This document shows, one piece after another, positions 1 through 6,605 of a DNA stretch of 10,226 nt. The DNA lies in IMG/VR virus record IMGVR_UViG_2681813004_000013, positions 1 through 10,226 of that record. One strand, written 5' to 3'. The stretch is from a virus. Taxonomy: Duplodnaviria > Heunggongvirae > Uroviricota > Caudoviricetes. The notes beneath the pieces were generated by a model that saw only the letters and a list, made by a program, of their open reading frames with translations, was not told where the DNA came from and did no database searches. The position numbers and the translations under genes are program-made. Each line of letters opens with the position of its first letter. Within the stretch, counting starts at the first letter, position 1.

Positions 1-233
1 TTAACCTGGTCGCATTTTTCCTTCGACAGCTTCATTCCCGGTATGACGGGCTTACCATCCACCATTGTGGCACCACGACAGATGGTCCATATACCGGAAC
101 CATCGCGGTATGCCGTAGTGTGGTTACCCTCTTTTTCATCCAGAAACTGGTCAAGTATTTGAGGAGCAGATGCGCCTGCTCCAATCAGCGCCAGAACGAC
201 CGCTGACAGGCCGTATTTGATTTTTGCGTTCAT
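1..233 (-). CDS. Phage endolysin (lysozyme, T4-lysozyme/GH24-like) with N-terminal SAR-type signal-anchor; only the 5' part of the gene is in the window (it continues past coordinate 1)
   Basis: Minus-strand ATG at 231-233 opens a frame with no stop before the window edge. Translation starts MNAKIKYGLSAVVLALIGAGASAPQILDQFLDEKEGNHTTAYRDGSGIWTICRGATMVDGKPV: a Gly/Ala-rich weakly hydrophobic N-terminus followed by an E...D...T spacing typical of SAR endolysins such as phage 21 R. It sits downstream of a pinholin gene. Not in the ORF track because it is truncated by the window edge. Confidence 0.8.
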   Translation of the reverse strand, partial: MNAKIKYGLSAVVLALIGAGASAPQILDQFLDEKEGNHTTAYRDGSGIWTICRGATMVDGKPVIPGMKLSKEKCDQV

Positions 234-338
234 GGATATTTATCAGGATTTATCGGTTTCTGAACCCTGGATATGTTTATCTGTCCCGGCCTGTTGAATC
301 AGGCGGGGAAAAGGTAAAGACAATCAAGAGGATTATTT

Positions 339-611
339 ATGGACAATAACACCATTTCTCTACAGGAGTTGCTCGACTGCATTTCCAGGCTTCGGGATGA
401 TGTAAATGCCCTCACTGTTGCATTTTCATATCTGGCTTTCTCAATTCCCAAAGAACAAATGAAACCAACACTGGCATCGCTTCTGCTTGAGTCACGCAAC
501 CCCAAATGGTCCCAGGAACAACAAAATTCTTTCAAGTGGCTGGCGGCATTACTGGAAGAAAAATATGCTGGTAAAATTACCATTTCGGTGGAGTCTTCAG
601 AGAACCAGTAA
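339..611 (+). CDS. Hypothetical 90-aa protein, moron-like insert transcribed opposite to the lysis genes
   Basis: ATG at 339 is preceded by AAGAGGA (326-332) with a 6-nt spacer. The translation is protein-like (amphipathic, no low-complexity runs), whereas the overlapping minus ORF 299-646 is Ser/Cys-rich and GTG-initiated. A plus-strand intrinsic terminator follows at 654-682. No family recognised. Confidence 0.55.
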   Translation: MDNNTISLQELLDCISRLRDDVNALTVAFSYLAFSIPKEQMKPTLASLLLESRNPKWSQEQQNSFKWLAALLEEKYAGKITISVESSENQ

Positions 612-921
612 TTCTTCCCGGTAGCTTTCCTTTGTAGGTTATCCACACATTATGCGCCTCTAAAATTACGGGGCGCTTTTCCGGCGACTGCTCACTCCCT
701 TCACATAACCCGGCAGCAACATCCAGGAAGACCTGTCTGATGCTCCTTCTGGCTGCTGCCTCATAAAACTCCAGCGCGGCACCTTCAACACGGTCCAGCG
801 AGATGTCCAGGTCAAAAATTTCACCGTCAAAGCGTTTTTTGTCCCGTAACGCTAAAGTTACCGTAACTTTATTCTCAAAATTGCGGATCCCTTTCACAAT
901 CAGTTCATAGTTTTGAGTCAT
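577..921 (-). CDS. YdfR-like small protein of lambdoid lysis cassettes (DUF1327-like); C-terminal part possibly altered by the adjacent insert
   Basis: ATG at 921 with GGGGAGAG SD about 9 nt upstream, 4 nt after the holin stop (926). Its position between holin and endolysin matches the essQ-ydfR-rrrQ order recalled for the Qin prophage. The 3' 100 nt overlap the plus-strand moron ORF and its terminator. Confidence 0.55.
   Translation of the reverse strand: MTQNYELIVKGIRNFENKVTVTLALRDKKRFDGEIFDLDISLDRVEGAALEFYEAAARRSIRQVFLDVAAGLCEGSEQSPEKRPVILEAHNVWITYKGKLPGRITGSLKTPPKW
654..682 (+). terminator. Putative rho-independent terminator for the plus-strand moron ORF
   Basis: GCGCCTC (654-660), 9-nt loop, GGGGCGC (670-676; 7-bp stem with one G-U), then TTTTCC (677-682). 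Lies 43 nt after the stop of ORF 339-611. Confidence 0.4.
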
Positions 922-925
922 TGAA

Positions 926-1141
926 TTACTCTCCCCGTGCAGCCTTACGCTTGTCTTCTTTAATCTTGAAATAAAGGTTTGTCAGATACGTCAGCAAGCC
1001 AAATACCAGACTACCCAGCACACCTATTGCCGCCCACTGTGAGGGCGTGACTTTATCGAGCAACTGTAAAAACCAGTACCCGGCACTACCTGCTGAGGTG
1101 CCATAGGCGACACCCGTTGTTAACTTATCCATGGATTTCAT
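926..1141 (-). CDS. Class II holin of the phage 21 S (pinholin) family with dual-start motif
   Basis: Translation [71 protein letters not shown] (71 aa): two TM segments, a charged C-terminus, and the Met1-Lys2-Ser3-Met4 start arrangement known from S21 (antiholin/holin pair). GAGGTGGGG SD upstream of ATG 1141. The ORF track extends it to a GTG at 1204, which I consider less likely to be the start. Confidence 0.85.
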
Positions 1142-1208
1142 AACCCCACCTCGCAGATGCGGGTGCTGTGTAATGGAAATAAAAAGGCCACCTGACGTGG
1201 CCACCAGA

Positions 1209-2141
1209 TTATTTCCCCACCAGCTCGTTTATCTCTTTCACTGTCTGGTTAAACCGCTCTGACTCAAGCTCAACACCTAAGGCCCGACGCCCCAGCGCCA
1301 TTGCTGCTTTTATTGTGGAACCGGATCCCATAAAAAAATCAGCAACCAGATCACCTGGTCGACTACTGGCATTGATTATTTGCCTGAGCATATCCGCCGG
1401 TTTCTCACACGGATGTTTCCCCGGGTAGAACTGAACGGGTTTATGCATCCAGACATCGGTATAAGGCACGGAGACTGATACGGAGAAATAGCGCCGGAGA
1501 GATTTAAACTCATCCAGCAATTCAGAATATTTGCGATTCAGTGAATCATAAGATGCCACCAGCTGGTGGTGTGGTTGTTCCAGTTGTTGTTCCTGAAACT
1601 TCTCTGCCGCTATACGGGAAAACAGTGCCTGTAACTTCCGATAGTCAGCCTCATTCGGCAACTGCCACTGACTGGCACCAAACCAGTGGGAAACCATATT
1701 TTTCTTACCTGTGGCTTCGGCAATTTGTTTTGCCGTTATACCCAGTTCGGCACGAGCATCCCTGAAATACGATATCAGCGGTGCCATTATGTGCTGTTTG
1801 AGTTCCCTTTCTTTTGCCGCATAGCCGTCACTTTTGCCGCGATATGGCCCCTGGTAATGTTCAGCAAACAGAACGCGCTCTGTGGCAGGAAAATATGCGC
1901 GCTGACTTTCTTTATTACACCCATTCCAACGTCCGGACGGCTTCGCCCAGATGATATGGTTAAGCACGTTGAAACGTTCACGCATCATGATCTCAATATC
2001 AGATGCCAGGCGATGCCCACAGAACAGGTAAAGGCTTCCGGCAGGTTTTAACACCCGCCAGAACTGGGCCAGACAGTGGTCCAGCCACTTAAGGTAATCT
2101 TCGTCCCCTTTCCACTGATTGTCCCAACCGTTAGGTTTCAC
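1209..2141 (-). CDS. DNA methyltransferase, N6_N4 (beta-class, CcrM-like) family; apparently lacks the N-terminal DPPY catalytic region (possible 5'-truncated remnant)
   Basis: C-terminal motifs HPCEKP and DFFMGSGST (motif I, FxGxG) plus internal [12 protein letters not shown] and NHIIWAKP match beta-class MTase signatures. No D/S-PPY motif is found upstream of RVLKP in the ORF or in the in-frame upstream extension, which runs into tRNA-Thr. The first start codon is GTG at 2141, with AAGGGAG about 10 nt upstream. Confidence 0.6.
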
Positions 2142-2187
2142 CTTCAGTCTGCTCCCTTTGGCCGCTCGGGAACCCCACCGGACTTGA

Positions 2188-2263
<76 letters not shown>

Positions 2264-2265
2264 AC

Positions 2266-2341
2266 TGGACCGCCACCGGGGACTCGAACCTCGCACACTC
2301 AACTTAAAGGGTTGACGCTCTTTCCTGATGGCTAGTGGCGG
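2266..2341 (-). tRNA. Atypical tRNA-like gene (positional anticodon UUU, loop CCUUUAA); possibly degenerate
   Basis: Minus-strand CCGCCACTAGCCATCAGGAAAGAGCGTCAACCCTTTAAGTTGAGTGTGCGAGGTTCGAGTCCCCGGTGGCGGTCCA has a perfect 7-bp acceptor stem, T-loop TTCGAGT, encoded CCA and a perfect 5-bp anticodon stem TCAAC/GTTGA. Position 33 is C instead of U, the D-stem is only 2-3 bp, and the T-stem has one A-C mismatch. Confidence 0.5.
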
Positions 2342-2342
2342 T

Positions 2343-2418
2343 TGGTGGCCCTTGCTGGATTTGAACCAGCGACCTGGCGATTATGAGTCGCTCGCTCTCA
2401 CCACTGAGCTAAAGGGCC
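2343..2418 (-). tRNA. tRNA with CAU anticodon, ileX/ileZ-like (tRNA-Ile2 reading AUA after lysidine modification, or tRNA-Met)
   Basis: Minus-strand GGCCCTTTAGCTCAGTGGTGAGAGCGAGCGACTCATAATCGCCAGGTCGCTGGTTCAAATCCAGCAAGGGCCACCA: canonical cloverleaf, anticodon loop CTCATAA. It is close to the E. coli ileX sequence as I recall it. Confidence 0.85.
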
Positions 2419-2446
2419 GAGCCAAAAAATAATAATCAGATGAAAA

Positions 2447-3160
2447 TCAATAATCAAGCCCTTGCCTGGATACATATCTGTCTGGCGGGAAGCCATAATA
2501 GCGGTGAAATACAGAAATAAAGTAGGACCTGCTTGAATAACCGCATTTTTCTGCTATAGCCTGTCCATATCCATGCCGGGAACATAACATATTTACAGCA
2601 ACACGCATCCGCTCTTCCAGCAACAAGCGACTGAACATGCCCCCTTCATTTTTCAGTTTTGTCTTTAACAAACTCTCACTCATATGCAACTGTAGAGCAA
2701 TCGCACCAAGCGTCCAGCTTGCTGATATATCTGTCTGAATTATCGCCCTGACTTTGGCACTTATGCTGGATAAACATCCACTTAAAAACAATGACATCCG
2801 TTCATCTGTTTCAAACAGAGACAGGCAGGCCATCATAAGAAACATATCCGTGGCCTCTCCGGAAAATCCCTGGCTGGTAATTAAAGCCGCAGCCAACGCA
2901 GGATTGTTGGGTTCCAGCAACAGGTAAAGCGGAATGTCAGTCAGACGAGTCCTCGTCAGCTTATGCTGACTTTCCAGATATTGACTTACGACGGATTCGC
3001 TTATATCGACAATTTTAACTTTGCCATAATGCATAAGGAAAAGCTCCCTGATGCATTTGGTGGCCAGAACAACTGAGCCTGGCTTAAGTGACAACGTATC
3101 CTTTTCAAGAAAAATATTAATTGGGGAGCAAACCATGATAACTGAACAGACAACAGCCAT
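2447..3160 (-). CDS. AraC-family transcriptional regulator, AppY-like (prophage-encoded regulator type)
   Basis: The C-terminal 100 aa carry the AraC double-HTH signature (…IAEKCGYSSRSYFISVFHRYYGFPPDRY). The N-terminus MAVVCSVIMVCSP…KVKIVDI aligns with the N-terminus of E. coli AppY as I recall it (MDYVCSVVFICQS…KLRIVDI). ATG at 3160 sits in an AT-rich leader. Confidence 0.8.
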   Translation of the reverse strand: MAVVCSVIMVCSPINIFLEKDTLSLKPGSVVLATKCIRELFLMHYGKVKIVDISESVVSQYLESQHKLTRTRLTDIPLYLLLEPNNPALAAALITSQGFSGEATDMFLMMACLSLFETDERMSLFLSGCLSSISAKVRAIIQTDISASWTLGAIALQLHMSESLLKTKLKNEGGMFSRLLLEERMRVAVNMLCSRHGYGQAIAEKCGYSSRSYFISVFHRYYGFPPDRYVSRQGLDY

Positions 3161-3280
3161 TATAATTTTACTTTCATTAGCAATTGGTTAGCTCAATTAT
3201 AGCCCCAAAAGGTAAATTATCATCAACACATAAGCAAAGGACTGACAGGTGTCGCCCCCCACCAGCCGCCCATTCACCAC

Positions 3281-3307
3281 AAATAAAAAGCCTTCAGGAC
3301 TGAAGGC
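3281..3307 (-). terminator. Rho-independent terminator after the small wHTH gene
   Basis: Minus-strand RNA GCCUUCA-GUCC-UGAAGGC followed by UUUUUAUUU. The hairpin overlaps the UGA stop at 3294-3296. Confidence 0.55.
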
Positions 3308-3491
3308 GTCTGTAACAACCGCACTGATAGTCTGCCAGACCCGCCATAACAAGTTGGGTCAGTATTAACTGGCAGCGTTCGCGTGAAAGGTAAGTATTCT
3401 GCGCAATCTCCCCGACTGTCGCCGGTTCGGTAACGCTTAATTCATCAAACACAACTCTGGCGGTTTCTGTCATATCCTGCTGTTTCAGCAT
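3294..3491 (-). CDS. Small (65 aa) putative winged-helix DNA-binding protein
   Basis: ORF with its own downstream terminator. The segment ATVGEIAQNTYLSRERCQLILTQLVMAGL resembles a wHTH recognition helix (PapI/FaeA-like proteins come to mind). The start codon is ambiguous: ATG at 3491 or ATG at 3473. Confidence 0.45.
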   Translation of the reverse strand: MLKQQDMTETARVVFDELSVTEPATVGEIAQNTYLSRERCQLILTQLVMAGLADYQCGCYRRLQS

Positions 3492-3614
3492 GTCTTTTTA
3501 CCCTTTCCGGTTAACGTGACATACCAATAACTCTTGTCCAAAAAGCCAGCAAGCAGAAAGACCGGTATTCGCAACCACCAGCGTATTTAACGCCCCGTGC
3601 CGTTTTTCAGTCAT

Positions 3615-3638
3615 AAAAAAACCCGCAAAAAGCGGGCT
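3615..3638 (-). terminator. Rho-independent terminator after the ORF6N-like gene
   Basis: On the minus strand, GCCCGC-UUUUU-GCGGGU followed by a 7-U run (plus-strand A-run at 3615-3621). About 100 nt downstream of the stop at 3735. Confidence 0.6.
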
Positions 3639-3734
3639 CTTTCAAATGTCCATGTCTGCTATTCGCCTCGCGGTACAGCTTTGCGAAGCGTACCGGAATT
3701 GAAGCAGTTTATGGCTAAAATTGCAAGAACTTTT

Positions 3735-4346
3735 TTAAAGCTGCATCAGCCTTTCCACCAGTTTATCTCTGCGAACAACAAACCAACCATTGGCTCTCGC
3801 CAGTTCCAGCCATGACTCAAGGGAAATAACAATATCATCATCCCGCAACTGAATTGTGGAAACAGTGACACCGCCTCGCTGATAACAGAGAACTCGCGTG
3901 TCGTAACTTTTCTGGCATGAAGCTGGCGCTGACGGATCCTTTTGTCTGAAATAGCACTCTTCCAGTTTTTCGAACACATCCCACGCCTGATCGGTTTCGA
4001 GCATTTTGGCGTGACGGGCTGCTCCGCGTTCTGTCCAGAGAATGAGGGAGCGGGCTTTCGGGGAAATTTGTAACCCTCTTAAAGATGGTTGCAAATTTTG
4101 TGAGTTACTTAAAGTAACCCGCAAATTTTGTGAGTAGTTTAAAGCTACCCGCAATTCTTTAAGGTCATTACCAACAACTTTGAAAAAGTGTTTCCCTTCA
4201 ACGAAGCGTACTTTGTTCTCATGATGATTCTGGCGAATGCGCACCGGCTCAGTGCCGTAAAGCTGCGCCAAAAGTTCGGTGGTAATAACAGGAATCTGGT
4301 TATGGGTGATCGGGGAGAGAGTTTCAACAGAAATTTGAGTTGTCAT
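3735..4346 (-). CDS. Phage antirepressor-like protein with N-terminal ORF6N-type domain and internal 10-aa tandem repeats
   Basis: ATG at 4346 with AGAGGG SD about 8 nt upstream. The N-terminal segment VITTELLAQLYGTEPVRIRQNHHENKVRFVEGKHFFKVVGNDLKEL fits the ORF6N antirepressor N-domain pattern as I recall it. The central region encodes repeats LRVALNYSQN / LRVTLSNSQN / LQPSLRGLQI from a 30-bp tandem DNA repeat. Confidence 0.5.
   Translation of the reverse strand: MTTQISVETLSPITHNQIPVITTELLAQLYGTEPVRIRQNHHENKVRFVEGKHFFKVVGNDLKELRVALNYSQNLRVTLSNSQNLQPSLRGLQISPKARSLILWTERGAARHAKMLETDQAWDVFEKLEECYFRQKDPSAPASCQKSYDTRVLCYQRGGVTVSTIQLRDDDIVISLESWLELARANGWFVVRRDKLVERLMQL
4090..4149. repeat. Two tandem 30-bp repeats (25/30 identical), each containing a short dyad-symmetric core, inside the ORF6N-like CDS; degenerate partial copies flank them (about 4063-4165)
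   Basis: Unit 1 is gcaaattttgtgagttacttaaagtaaccc; unit 2 is gcaaattttgtgagtagtttaaagctaccc. The cores are GTTAC-ttaaa-GTAAC and GTAG-tttaaag-CTAC. Four of the five differences between units fall at paired positions and preserve the dyad. Confidence 0.8.
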
Positions 4347-4505
4347 AATGACGCCCTCTGGTGGTTTCTTAATAACTCACCACCGACGACGCCAATCATC
4401 TGGTGGTGAACTGTGCGGGGTTGGCGTAACCGGGAAACCGACCGGCGCGGATCTCTCCGCCCCCACACAGCCCACCATAATTCAGATGTGCGCGTGCATA
4501 CGACA

Positions 4506-4529
4506 ATAAAAAACACGCTCGCGGCGTGT
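4506..4529 (-). terminator. tR'-like intrinsic terminator of the short late leader transcript
   Basis: Minus strand ACACGC-CGCGA-GCGUGU followed by UUUUUUAUUG. Lies about 70-80 nt downstream of the putative late promoter. Confidence 0.6.
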
Positions 4530-4590
4530 ATCTGTCGCGGTCTCTATCCAGGACGCCAATCCCGACGCCAGATTTTGCTGGCGCGTGAGG

Positions 4591-4620
4591 AATATAGCCC
4601 CGGATAACAGATTGAGTCAA
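4591..4620 (-). promoter_or_regulatory. Putative Q-dependent late promoter (pR'-like)
   Basis: Minus strand TTGACT (4620-4615), 17-18 bp spacer, then CTATAT/TATATT (4597-4591). The -35 overlaps the Q stop codon. Directly followed by the short leader and terminator, as in lambdoid late regions. Confidence 0.5.
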
Positions 4621-5183
4621 CAGACGGTTTTTAGATCCCCGGAAGAGAATGCATCACGCATCGGCAGATAGAGCATAAACTCTGCCATTTTCAACCACGC
4701 ATCTATGCGATTACGGCACGTGGCGTAACACCACTCAGGGTGTGAATCATTCAGCAATTCAGCCATTTTGCGCTTAGTCATCCCCCGCCCCACATAACGC
4801 TGACTCAGAACATTGAGCAGCCCGGGATAACCTGCCAGTACTTCACCAATAACCCTGTCGATTATTAACGCCTCTGAATCGGTACAATGTGCCAGCCAGC
4901 TTTTTTGATTGCCGTTGATCATATCCCGCAAAAAAGCCTCAAGTTCAGGTTTGTCCAGACCCGCTTTTTTCATCCTCCGGAGCGCCTCGTTAATTGCCGT
5001 TTTTGTCAGCTTTTTAGAGGTCAGTAATTGGTTGAACATATTTCCCGTCTTACCGTCGCCAATATACGACCAACGCCCCCACATACGCAGTTTCCCCTGG
5101 ATCCAGACACTTTCCAGCGTTTTCAGGCGTAAATGCTCACCGCTTTTGCCTGTAATTTCCGGGTATATCATATTTATGCTCAC
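4617..5183 (-). CDS. Late-gene antitermination protein Q (lambdoid Q-like)
   Basis: Sits between rusA and the pR'/tR'-like elements, the canonical Q position. Size is 184-188 aa; the MWGRWSY motif resembles the RWGRW segment recalled from E. coli prophage Q homologues. The track start is GTG at 5183, overlapping the rusA stop; an in-frame ATG at 5169-5171 is the more likely start. Confidence 0.65.
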   Translation of the reverse strand: MSINMIYPEITGKSGEHLRLKTLESVWIQGKLRMWGRWSYIGDGKTGNMFNQLLTSKKLTKTAINEALRRMKKAGLDKPELEAFLRDMINGNQKSWLAHCTDSEALIIDRVIGEVLAGYPGLLNVLSQRYVGRGMTKRKMAELLNDSHPEWCYATCRNRIDAWLKMAEFMLYLPMRDAFSSGDLKTVC

Positions 5184-5545
5184 TCACTTTCAATTTTGTA
5201 AATCTTCACGCCCAGCCGCCCAACAGAAACGAGCTGACCGCGCACAATATTGATTTCATCAAACTGCTCGTCGTCTATGAGAAGTCCGGCATGCGTCAGC
5301 GCATCCAGCGGTGCTTTCAGAATGTTGTCCAGGTCACGGCGGCGCTTATCCGGTGGCTCTGCAATAATTTTTATTGCCAGCCTTCCGGACAGGTTTAATT
5401 TCAACCTCTGCTGGCGAACAATAAGCGCCACATCACGGCGATAACGCTTTCCGGCCTCCGAGATGAAATACGTATTGCCATGACGTCGCCAGTAGGTATT
5501 CACCGTCGGCGGGTAAGGCAAAACAAATTCTATCCGTTCAGTCAT
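5180..5545 (-). CDS. rusA: Holliday junction resolvase RusA
   Basis: Translation MTERIEFVLPYPPTVNTYWRRHGN…PPDKRRRDLDNILKAPLDALTHAGLLIDDEQ matches the RusA family signature (P-P-S/T-x-N-x-Y, RRRDLDN, D-D acidic pair). The ATG directly abuts the upstream stop (TGAATG). Confidence 0.9.
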   Translation of the reverse strand: MTERIEFVLPYPPTVNTYWRRHGNTYFISEAGKRYRRDVALIVRQQRLKLNLSGRLAIKIIAEPPDKRRRDLDNILKAPLDALTHAGLLIDDEQFDEINIVRGQLVSVGRLGVKIYKIESE

Positions 5546-6604
5546 TCATGCTTTCCACTTCAGGACACCCGAATTTCTCGCGTGCATTAAAAAACGAATC
5601 AGCAACAACAGCTGGCTGCCGTGTTTCTCTTCAAATTCTCTTACCCCGGCATGTAGCTCGTTATGGCAGCGTCTACACAACGGAATAACAAACAAATCGT
5701 CAGCCTTTGTTCCCGTTCCCCCCAGTCCATGACCAATGATGTGATGCGGATCATCTGCCTGATTGCCACACGCCATGCACTTCTGCGTTTTTACCCACCG
5801 CGTGTATATCGGCATCTCTTCACGTTGTGGTTTCTGGCGTCTGAGGTATTGAGCAGGAGACTCCGGATCAACAGTTATGCTGACCACCGCTTTTTCCTGT
5901 TGTGGGTTCTGTTGCTGGTGGGCGTAAGGCAACGGCGCAAGATTTTTTGTGCGCTGCTTCAGTATGCTGGTGGCGCTCTGCTCTCCCGGTACGATGTCGC
6001 TTTCACGGTACATTGAGCGGATTTTTTCCGCACGCAACCCCAGCGAACGACGTAATACCGCTTCCGGTAGCGCGTCCGCCACCTGATTGCGGACCGCCCA
6101 CCAGGATAATTCAGCCAGAGATAATTCCCGTTCCTGTGCACCACTTATTGCGTGACGTATGACGTCAATCATCCAGGCTGTCAGATTTTGTTGAGCAAGC
6201 TGCCCGAGTGATTCGGATGTCTGGTCACGCAGCTGGTTGTCGCAGTGCCAGCACAACACCATTGCGCCGGTACCATAACGGTGAATGACGGTTTCACTGT
6301 GGTGATAATCGCCGTGTGGCCACTGGCAGGATTTAACATGACGCAGTAACCAGTCAGACAATGCGCCAGCGCCACCAGCAGCACGAATCACTCGTTCGTC
6401 GCTGAAAAATGGCAGTAATGATTTATCCTCCGCCAGCGGCTGGCGAACGGCAGGAACGACCCCAGACGGCAGATTACGCATGCTTTTCGGTTCCGGCTCC
6501 ACCAGTACCCGGGTATTGTGGAATACCGGCATGGATTCACGGCCCGGCTTAACGATCACCAGCCCGAGTTCCGGTACCAGAACAGGTCGAAGTAATACCC
6601 GCAC
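5546..6604 (-). CDS. DUF968-family prophage protein (YdfU-like) with C-terminal HNH-like zinc motif
   Basis: 352 aa with a GTG start preceded by GGAGG. The C-terminus CMACGNQADDPHHIIGHGLGGTGTKADDLFVIPLCRRCHNELH has CxxC…HH…CxxCH spacing typical of HNH-type nuclease folds. It occupies the position upstream of rusA/Q that YdfU holds in Qin-like prophages. Confidence 0.7.
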   Translation of the reverse strand: MRVLLRPVLVPELGLVIVKPGRESMPVFHNTRVLVEPEPKSMRNLPSGVVPAVRQPLAEDKSLLPFFSDERVIRAAGGAGALSDWLLRHVKSCQWPHGDYHHSETVIHRYGTGAMVLCWHCDNQLRDQTSESLGQLAQQNLTAWMIDVIRHAISGAQERELSLAELSWWAVRNQVADALPEAVLRRSLGLRAEKIRSMYRESDIVPGEQSATSILKQRTKNLAPLPYAHQQQNPQQEKAVVSITVDPESPAQYLRRQKPQREEMPIYTRWVKTQKCMACGNQADDPHHIIGHGLGGTGTKADDLFVIPLCRRCHNELHAGVREFEEKHGSQLLLLIRFLMHARNSGVLKWKA

Positions 6605-6605
6605 G

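Noticed and set aside
299-646. Minus-strand 115-aa ORF antisense to the plus-strand moron ORF
   Set aside because: GTG-initiated with no SD. The translation is Ser/Cys-rich and low-complexity, and it spans the lysozyme-proximal spacer. The plus-strand ORF has a proper SD and terminator and is preferred.
926-1204. Extended holin start at 1204 as given in the ORF track
   Set aside because: The extension begins with GTG and has no SD. The internal ATG at 1141 has a GAGGTGGGG SD and gives the S21-like 71-aa product with the MKSM dual-start motif.
1541-2051. Plus-strand ORFs (74 and 121 aa) and minus ORF 1787-1981 within the methyltransferase gene
   Set aside because: They overlap a CDS with clear family motifs and have no SD. 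They are likely spurious.
3597-3815. Plus-strand 72-aa ORF
   Set aside because: It starts inside the minus-strand terminator hairpin and overlaps the 3' end of the ORF6N-like gene. The sequence is highly basic and low-complexity.
4090-4149. CRISPR array
   Set aside because: Only two full direct repeats, with no spacer-like unique intervening sequence. They lie inside a coding region and encode a protein repeat.
4396-4620. Minus-strand 74-aa ORF starting at the TTG of TTGACT
   Set aside because: It runs through the putative late promoter, the leader and the tR' hairpin. The translation is Gly/Arg-rich. Its start codon is the promoter -35 element itself.
5663-6162. Plus-strand ORFs (117 aa and 86 aa) inside the DUF968 gene, and the minus ORF 5959-6144
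   Set aside because: They are antisense to or nested in a well-supported CDS. Their translations are Arg/Leu/Cys-rich, typical of GC-rich antisense frames.
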